Virus record (IMG/VR): IMGVR_UViG_3300026549_000001 | Coordinates: 186,569-250,568 of that record | Direction: 5' to 3' (one strand) | From: a virus | Taxonomy: Duplodnaviria > Heunggongvirae > Uroviricota > Caudoviricetes | Length of the DNA stretch: 64,000 nt | In this document: positions 58,598 to 64,000 of the stretch, piece by piece | Layout of the letters: every line of letters begins with the position of its first letter | How positions within the stretch are numbered: position 1 is the stretch's first letter | Made by a program: the position numbers and the translations under genes | The notes under the pieces: generated by a model | What the model was told of the DNA's origin: nothing | What the model saw: only the letters and a program-made list of their open reading frames with translations | The model's database searches: none

Positions 58598-59200
58598 TTA
58601 TACATCATATTCAGATAAGGCAATATATTTTTTGCCCGAATTATCTTCGAGAATAATAACCTCCAAAGGTGCATCATTAGAAACATTTAGCTCTTTCATC
58701 AAATACGGAGATATTGATATTGAAACACCACCGTTATCGGAAACTCTGCGAACTATCCCTGTTCGTTTGATATTTGTGATATTTATGGGTTTCCAATACT
58801 TTCCCTCTTTATCCGTATGAGCAATCGCACAATTATTAACAGGGTTAATCCGCTCATCAACCAACCCACAAAACCCATTATTTTTGTGATAGTATTCACA
58901 TGAGGTAGTGGGCTTCGGACAACGATAGCGCATACCATTAGGTTCTATTTGTTTCTTTGTTGTATTCCGTTCCTTTTCAATGAGTGCAATTTGTTTCCAA
59001 AAGTCAGCATAAACATCATCTATTTCATATTCGGAATCAAGAAACAAATTTATGCAAGAACCACAGTCATGACACATAGGAGGACGGTTATAATGCGTTG
59101 GACAAGTATATCCGAAACAATATACGAAATCCTCTACTTGATGTCTTGTCAATCCCGCAAACTTCTTATAATTTTTGCAAAGATATTCAAGATTAGTCAT
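58598..59200 (-). CDS. Cys-rich protein with C-terminal AbrB/MazE-like (SpoVT_AbrB) DNA-binding domain
   Basis: C-terminal GIVRRVSDNGGVSISISPYLMKELNVSNDAPLEVIILEDN resembles the AbrB N-domain. Confidence 0.45.
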   Translation of the reverse strand: MTNLEYLCKNYKKFAGLTRHQVEDFVYCFGYTCPTHYNRPPMCHDCGSCINLFLDSEYEIDDVYADFWKQIALIEKERNTTKKQIEPNGMRYRCPKPTTSCEYYHKNNGFCGLVDERINPVNNCAIAHTDKEGKYWKPINITNIKRTGIVRRVSDNGGVSISISPYLMKELNVSNDAPLEVIILEDNSGKKYIALSEYDV

Positions 59201-59231
59201 TGTTAGCTCCTCCTGTCTATTTTATGAAAGA

Positions 59232-59307
59232 TGGCGGCACGGACGGGACTTGAACCCGTATCTCACAGATTGACAATCTGTTGCTCTACCAATTAAGCTA
59301 CCGTGTC
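59232..59307 (-). tRNA. tRNA-Asp (GTC), A2-C71 mismatch
   Basis: anticodon arm ACAGA-TTGTCAA-TCTGT; T-arm ACGGG-TTCAAGT-CCCGT; CCA. Confidence 0.7.
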
Positions 59308-59313
59308 ATTTGT

Positions 59314-59388
59314 TGGTGGACAAATAGGGACTTGAACCCTAAACTCTTGCTTGCAAGGCAAGTATTTTACCTGTTAAATTATTCGCCC
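59314..59388 (-). tRNA. tRNA-Ala (TGC)
   Basis: anticodon arm CTTGC-CTTGCAA-GCAAG; T-arm TAGGG-TTCAAGT-CCCTA; CCA. Confidence 0.75.
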
Positions 59389-59390
59389 AT

Positions 59391-59502
59391 TGGCGGAGGC
59401 GGGAGGATTTGAACCTCCGTTGAACTATGACGAGTAGTCCCTTTGCCGTTCGCATACTCACAATGTTGTCATCATTGCCCCTTTGCGTACAATTACGCCC
59501 CC
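59391..59502 (-). ncRNA. aberrant 112-nt tRNA-like element (canonical T-arm/acceptor/CCA; possible anticodon arm CAATG-ATGACAA-CATTG = GAC; ~40-nt extra segment with internal duplication)
   Basis: GGAGG-TTCAAAT-CCTCC, acceptor GGGGGCG/CGCCTCC; does not fit a standard cloverleaf. Confidence 0.3.
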
Positions 59503-59626
59503 ATAGTGAATGATAGTGTCAGCTTTTTCTCGCCCTTAACGACTCACTATCGCGCCGACTACCATACTCGTAGCTTTACTACTTCTAAACCTTGTTCCCA
59601 CCAACGAGTAGCGATTGATGGGGGTA

Positions 59627-59702
59627 TGGTGCGCCCACGAGGACTCGAACCTCGAACTGGTCGGTTATGAGCCGACTGCTCTAACCATTGAACTATGGGC
59701 GC
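59627..59702 (-). tRNA. tRNA with CAT anticodon, second copy (Met/Ile2)
   Basis: acceptor GCGCCCA/TGGGCGC; anticodon arm GTCGG-CTCATAA-CCGAC; CCA. Confidence 0.75.
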
Positions 59703-59928
59703 ATTTGTATTTTAATCAAGGCACTTTTTTCTTTTTGGACTTTAACACTAAAAAATTCAAAACCTTGTATATTTGCTGTATGTGCCTTATTAAATTAAAT
59801 ATATTGCTGAATTCCATCTTCAGCCGTTTCAGCAGACGGTCACGGTATATCGCAAACCGTGATTGACGGGCGAATATCACGCCTGTATCGGATTTTTCCG
59901 AGTTTAGTACCCCTCAATGGGAATACTT

Positions 59929-60004
59929 TGGCGGGGAAGGTAGGACTCGAACCTACACGATACGGATTAACAGTCCGCTGTTCTACCGATTGGACTACAT
60001 CCCC
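59929..60004 (-). tRNA. tRNA-Asn (GTT)
   Basis: anticodon arm GCGGA-CTGTTAA-TCCGT; T-arm GTAGG-TTCGAGT-CCTAC; CCA. Confidence 0.75.
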
Positions 60005-60359
60005 ATTGTTCAATTCCCTTTGGCTCGTCCTTCCAACAAGGAATTGAAACGCTTTTCTCTTATTAATCGGAATCAGTTCTAAAAACTGATTTCCCTTTTC
60101 ACCTGTTTTGCCATTCCCATAGGGAATTGAAACCCCATAGGAATACCCAAGTTTAACCACATAAAAAGGTTGTCACCCTTTGATTATGCCAACAATCACA
60201 ATTGACGAGATTGATTCATGTTGTCCAACTCCGACAGTCTACTAAAAGGTTCAAGCCTTTTACTACTCCGTTCGGCTATCTTGAAGGGTTATCCTTTTCA
60301 ATGCTGAACATTCGGCTTCTGTCGCCAAAAGTCCACAATCGGGCAGGGATAAAACCCAC

Positions 60360-60436
60360 TGGTCAGCGTGACAGGACTCGAACCTGCGACCTGATGAACC
60401 CAAATCACCCGCGCTACCAAACTGCGCCACACGCTG
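60360..60436 (-). tRNA. tRNA-Pro (TGG)
   Basis: anticodon arm GGTGA-TTTGGGT-TCATC; T-arm GCAGG-TTCGAGT-CCTGT; CCA. Confidence 0.7.
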
Positions 60437-60546
60437 AAGATGATTTAGGGGGATATTTGTCAAAGGTTCTACCATAACATATATCCCCGTTCATCATTGA
60501 ACAATGAACATCTGCAACTCATTCTATGAGCGCAGAAAGGAAAAAA

Positions 60547-60625
60547 TGGAGCGGGTAAAGGGATTTGAACCCTCACCTTCGGTTTGGAAGACCGATATGC
60601 TAAACCAATTGAACACTATACCCGC
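60547..60625 (-). tRNA. tRNA-Gly (TCC)
   Basis: acceptor GCGGGTA/TACCCGC; anticodon arm TCGGT-CTTCCAA-ACCGA; CCA; large D-loop. Confidence 0.7.
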
Positions 60626-60628
60626 ATT

Positions 60629-60712
60629 TGGTACAGATGGTGGGACTTGAACCCACAAGGATTTCTCCAAAGGTTTTTGAGACCTCCGCGTTTGCCATTT
60701 CGCCACATCTGC
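60629..60712 (-). tRNA. tRNA-Leu (CAA), class II
   Basis: anticodon arm GAGGT-CTCAAAA-ACCTT; long variable arm; T-arm GTGGG-TTCAAGT-CCCAC; CCA. Confidence 0.75.
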
Positions 60713-60823
60713 ATATATAGCAACCATAGCTAAAGAATGATTGCTATAGGTTAAATTGTTTAAGCACATTGCTTGGCGTAAGAACTGATTATACCTCGTT
60801 AATAACTCAAACAATTTGTTGGG

Positions 60824-60901
60824 CGGCTCGGATGGGAATCGAACCCATATTACAAGCGTGATATGCTTGTGTATTTTCCAACCATTTTATACTACCGAGT
60901 C
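60824..60901 (-). tRNA. atypical tRNA-like gene (anticodon loop AUAUCAC, i.e. AUC; 14-nt D-loop; no encoded CCA; A2-C71) - possible pseudogene
   Basis: T-arm ATGGG-TTCGATT-CCCAT; acceptor GACTCGG/CCGAGCC. Confidence 0.35.
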
Positions 60902-60971
60902 GTAAAATATTATCAAGACACTTTATTACAAAAACCCAATTGTATTTTAAAATTGCTGTATGTGTCTTATA

Positions 60972-61352
60972 TGGTAGGGGCGGTGGGACTCGAACCCACA
61001 CGGTTAATAACCAACGGATTTTCTTACCACTATAGTTTTCACTACCACTTGAAGTGTTTGTGGTCTGGACTTAATCTTTACCCACTTATTTCAGTTGGGG
61101 TAGGGTATGTAAAGTCTCTACACACTTATTTTTCAATAATTGGCACGGTATTCCCATTGGGAAAGGGTTCACCGTTTAGTACCCATTCAGCATAAGTATT
61201 CCTACTTATCTGCTCCTGTCTACCAAACAAAATTATTTGGCTCTAATGGTATGCCCAATTTCACTTCCATTAGAATTCAAGGATATGTTGCATAACATTC
61301 CTCTCTTTAGATAATCTTGAAGTCCGCTGCGTCTGCCATTACGCCACGCCCC
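60972..61352 (-). tRNA. tRNA-Leu (UAA) interrupted by a 296-nt group-I-type intron (exons 61319..61352 and 60972..61022; intron 61023..61318)
   Basis: 5' exon GGGGGCG-TG-GCG-TAATGGCAGA-CGC-A-GCGGA-CUU ends in U; 3' exon AAAA-TCCGT-(long variable arm)-GTGGG-TTCGAGT-CCCAC-CGCCCCT-A-CCA; intron ends in G; insertion between nt 34/35 of the anticodon, as in known tRNA-Leu(UAA) group I introns. Confidence 0.7.
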
Positions 61353-61403
61353 CATATTTTTTACCTTCAATATTTATTTGTCAAAGAGCGTTATCGTGGT
61401 ATT

Positions 61404-61432
61404 ATTATACCAAATGATTTTTTGTTTGTCAA
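61404..61432 (-). promoter_or_regulatory. perfect sigma-A consensus promoter TTGACA-17-TATAAT (minus) ~50 nt upstream of tRNA-Leu(UAA)
   Basis: tgtcaa 61427-61432; attata 61404-61409. Confidence 0.6.
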
Positions 61433-61487
61433 CACTTTTTATGGATTATTTTTAATATATTTTTAAGGAAGCTCAATTAGATGTTAT

Positions 61488-61586
61488 TTACCATCTAATA
61501 CCATCTATTACTAATGCAATAAGCACAGCTATTGTGGCTACACTTATGGCGATACATACGCCATCAAACCATGTTATTTCCATCAT
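61488..61586 (-). CDS. small hydrophobic peptide (32 aa; not in ORF track)
   Basis: MMEITWFDGVCIAISVATIAVLIALVIDGIRW with strong RBS AAGGAG. Confidence 0.3.
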   Translation of the reverse strand: MMEITWFDGVCIAISVATIAVLIALVIDGIRW

Positions 61587-61600
61587 AGTAGCTCCTTAAT

Positions 61601-62056
61601 TTAGGTAAGAGTTGATTTACAATTATTCTTTTTCAAAAGCGGCATTGCTTTTCCACACGAAAGAACAAGCTCTATATCTTTTAGAATAGACTCTTTCGTG
61701 GAGTTAAAAAACAAGTCACACCCACAATAAGTCATCAAAGAAGTATCTTCGTTATTGATTTGGAACACCCAAATAGCTTTCTTATTTGCAAAAGCGTAAC
61801 CCTGTTCCCAGTTTGTTCCCGCAGTTGATTTTCTACCATTAGAAATAGAAATCATCAGGTCACAAGCATCAATAGCTTCTACATCTTTATCAAATACTTT
61901 CTTTGCCCATTCTTCTTGTGACATATCCCAAGCATTAGGAATTTTTAATTCAAAGGGGCAATAACAATCAATATTAAAGCTCCTAATGATTTGAGCAATA
62001 GAGGTCATAAGTGTTCTATTATCGGAACTACAAGAACCCGCAAGATATACTTTCAT
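61601..62056 (-). CDS. nucleoside 2-deoxyribosyltransferase-like protein
   Basis: KVYLAGSCSS...EAIDACDLMISISNGRKSTAGTNWEQGYAFANKKAIWVF matches the NDT-family pattern (YLAG...D.D...G...G...E.G.A). Confidence 0.5.
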   Translation of the reverse strand: MKVYLAGSCSSDNRTLMTSIAQIIRSFNIDCYCPFELKIPNAWDMSQEEWAKKVFDKDVEAIDACDLMISISNGRKSTAGTNWEQGYAFANKKAIWVFQINNEDTSLMTYCGCDLFFNSTKESILKDIELVLSCGKAMPLLKKNNCKSTLT

Positions 62057-62092
62057 TTCTATTACTCCTTCATTATTAAATAGGTTAATTTT

Positions 62093-62169
62093 TGGAGTGA
62101 GTAGCGGGATTTGAACCCGTACTTTAGGTTTGGGAAACCTATGTGCTAACCGTTAAACACTATACCCAC
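62093..62169 (-). tRNA. tRNA-Gly (CCC)
   Basis: acceptor GTGGGTA/TACTCAC; anticodon arm TAGGT-TTCCCAA-ACCTA; CCA. Confidence 0.65.
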
Positions 62170-62185
62170 ATATTATAAAAAAGAA

Positions 62186-62259
62186 TGGTCGAGCGGTTAG
62201 GATTTACACCTAAATTACTCCCACCACAGGGAGCGTGTTGTTTTTTACACCACCGCTCG
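62186..62259 (-). ncRNA. degenerate tRNA-like element (TGG anticodon with G33, no GG in D-loop, T-loop TGTAAAT)
   Basis: acceptor CGAGCGG/CCGCTCG with CCA; noncanonical conserved positions. Confidence 0.3.
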
Positions 62260-62353
62260 ATGAATAGAAAGACTATATCATAGTAACTCCTACTGTACTT
62301 CTATATTGAAGTAAGTTTTACAGGCGGTTTATTTAGCCTACTTTCTATTCTAT

Positions 62354-62430
62354 TGGCACACCCGTTGGGACTTGAACCCAAAACCCTCGGATTAGAAGTC
62401 CGATGCGCTATCCGATTGCGCTACGAGTGC
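62354..62430 (-). tRNA. tRNA-Arg (TCT)
   Basis: anticodon arm TCGGA-CTTCTAA-TCCGA; D-arm GCGC-AATCGGATA-GCGC; CCA. Confidence 0.75.
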
Positions 62431-62546
62431 ATAAAGAAAAGGGAGTGTTTTTTTTATAATTAGGAAAGTCTTTATCTATATTAGGAAGTCGATAGTCGAA
62501 TGTATATATAAATGTAGGCACACTCCCTTTTAAAGCCTACATATAA

Positions 62547-62690
62547 CCCGTGTGATATAAATGTGATTGTCGATGAATGAAGTAATGTGAATGATGCCTA
62601 TATATTCTTATGTGTCGTATGCCCCCCACACATAAGCGATTGTCAAAAATCACACGGGATATTTAATTTTCAAGATATTTAATTTTCAAG
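62547..62690. repeat. noncoding region with 10-bp inverted repeats (CCCGTGTGAT 62547-62556 / ATCACACGGG 62649-62658) and a tandem 16-bp direct repeat ATATTTAATTTTCAAG x2 (62659-62690)
   Basis: read directly. Confidence 0.5.
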
Positions 62691-62783
62691 GTTAGATTGA
62701 ATCTTTCCACCGTTTTACACACAGGAAGAAGATGATTCTATGTTTTGTGCAACTTATCTATTTATCAGATAAGATTTTCTCTA

Positions 62784-62866
62784 TGGTGGGAGTAGAGAGA
62801 TTTGAACTCTCACGCCGAAGCACAAGAACCTAAATCTTGCGTGTCTGCCAATTCCACCATACTCCC
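62784..62866 (-). tRNA. tRNA-Leu (TAG), class II
   Basis: acceptor GGGAGTA/TACTCCC; anticodon arm CAAGA-TTTAGGT-TCTTG; long variable arm; CCA. Confidence 0.75.
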
Positions 62867-62981
62867 AAGTCAAGACTCGTTTATTAATACATTCCTGGCG
62901 TATCTTGTTAAAGTTGCTGTACGAGTCTTATTATATTGGTTGGGGATAATCGAAATTCTTCCCCACCATTTTATTTTTATT

Positions 62982-63056
62982 TGGCAGAGGTAGTAGGATT
63001 TGAACCTACGACTGCGAGAGTCAAATTCTCGTGCCTTACCGCTTGGCTATACCTCT
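62982..63056 (-). tRNA. tRNA-Gln (TTG)
   Basis: D-arm GCC-AAGCGGTAA-GGC; anticodon arm CGAGA-ATTTGAC-TCTCG; CCA. Confidence 0.75.
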
Positions 63057-63082
63057 ACAATAATGTCTGACTATCTGTGGAG

Positions 63083-63412
63083 TTAATAAATATCTTCGGA
63101 ATAATATTTAATCCTATTATTATTTTCATCCACAATTACAAAACCGAAAACATTGTCCGCTTCAATAATGTGATAAAGTTTCATAAATATATTATTATAC
63201 AGCTTTGAGCGAATTTTTACAACTTTATCGGTTGAGTGTATTTTCACAAAAACGAAGGAGGGCGCATTATTGTCGAACCCAACACCAATGTATTCATATT
63301 CAATAGTATTCATCCTGCAACGCTCCTTTATCTGTTTTGTGGATTTTATAGGGTAGATTGTTTGACAATAGTTTCCGTTGGGTGGCTTTTTATCACAGAA
63401 AGGAGGTGTCAA
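63083..63412 (-). CDS. hypothetical protein
   Basis: 109-aa ORF. Confidence 0.4.
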   Translation of the reverse strand: MTPPFCDKKPPNGNYCQTIYPIKSTKQIKERCRMNTIEYEYIGVGFDNNAPSFVFVKIHSTDKVVKIRSKLYNNIFMKLYHIIEADNVFGFVIVDENNNRIKYYSEDIY

Positions 63413-63568
63413 ACAATACTATACGGAGGAGTCAGCGAGAGAGCCACCCTCAACTCTCTTCGGGGGTTGTCCTTCCCCCTACCGACAAATAGATTATAAC
63501 ATATCCTTTTTGGATTGTCAACACTTTTCTGAATTAAAAAATAATATATTGTTCTCTTTTTAGATTGA

Positions 63569-63967
63569 TTAAATCGTTCCCCAAGAATTGATGAACTTTT
63601 TAGCTTTTAGAAACAGAATGTAGTCATACCAATATGTTGCATTTTTAAGCAAGAACAGATACATCTTAAAATCAAAGTTCATCTTCTTTGCATGATAAAG
63701 ATACAACATAGAAGCAATCAACGAAAACCATCTATACCTTATACCATACGGGCAACTATTGTTGATAGTATTCATTACTTTATCAGCTACTTCTACTTCG
63801 GTATTATAATCACATATAGCCCTTATTTCTCCGTTCCATTGAACATACATATCTATATCTTCAGGAAGGAGCTTCAACAGATAGAGAATACTTATCTTTG
63901 TATCTCTATGAATCTTATCGCCAAAAGGTAGTTTTCCCAATGTCCGCTTCATAGCTCTTTTCCTCAC
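63569..63967 (-). CDS. hypothetical protein
   Basis: 132-aa ORF. Confidence 0.4.
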   Translation of the reverse strand: MRKRAMKRTLGKLPFGDKIHRDTKISILYLLKLLPEDIDMYVQWNGEIRAICDYNTEVEVADKVMNTINNSCPYGIRYRWFSLIASMLYLYHAKKMNFDFKMYLFLLKNATYWYDYILFLKAKKFINSWGTI

Positions 63968-64000
63968 TTTCTCTTATTATTAAATAGACTAATTTTTTTT

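Noticed and set aside
59840-60475. ORFs 59840..60160(-), 60202..60477(+), 60263..60475(-), 60524..61001(-), 60863..61195(+)
   Set aside because: All lie across tRNA genes or the tRNA-Leu intron. Their composition is tRNA-driven, so they are not protein-coding.
1-64000. Alternative genetic code (TAG/TGA recoding), as in some large gut phages
   Set aside because: Long conserved genes (RNAP beta, 743 aa; topoisomerase, 804 aa and 673 aa) are uninterrupted under the standard code, and no suppressor tRNA (CTA/TCA/TTA anticodon) was found.

Overview
This window is almost certainly a segment of a large virulent (jumbo-type) phage genome from a low-GC Firmicutes/Clostridia-like host.

The evidence for this: AT-rich sequence; genes packed almost entirely on the minus strand; a classic Firmicutes phage replication module (replisome organizer, DnaC-like loader, DnaB-like helicase, DnaG-like primase); a RecA/UvsX-like recombinase; a T4-like type II topoisomerase; a split multisubunit RNA polymerase (beta, beta'N, beta'C as separate genes); nucleotide-metabolism genes (dCMP deaminase, nucleoside 2-deoxyribosyltransferase-like protein, DNA methyltransferase); and cell-wall and secretion proteins typical of clostridial hosts (a dockerin protein, a SpoIID/LytB protein with SH3b domains, an SH3b-peptidase, an L,D-transpeptidase, an AbrB-like regulator). 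Near-perfect sigma-A consensus promoters (TTGACA-17/18-TATAAT) sit in front of most genes. A dense cluster of about 20 tRNA genes lies between 55 and 63 kb.

The window also carries a remarkable load of selfish elements:
- an intact IscB (OMEGA RNA-guided nuclease, with PLMP, RuvC-I/II/III, bridge helix and HNH) on an IS200/605-like element, nested inside a homing-endonuclease-like gene that itself sits between the two halves of RNAP beta';
- a 151-aa mini-intein in the TOPRIM domain of the GyrB-like topoisomerase subunit;
- a tRNA-Leu(UAA) gene interrupted by a 296-nt group-I-type intron;
- a second tRNA gene split by about 490 bp that carries a PD-(D/E)xK-like ORF flanked by a 10-bp inverted repeat;
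- a free-standing homing-endonuclease paralog upstream of the topoisomerase gene.

Other items of note: an independently transcribed tRNA-like ncRNA unit (promoter, tRNA-like element, terminator); a single plus-strand gene island; an SPFH (HflK/C-like) pair; and several atypical tRNA-like elements. No CRISPR array, integrase or structural (virion) genes were seen in this window.
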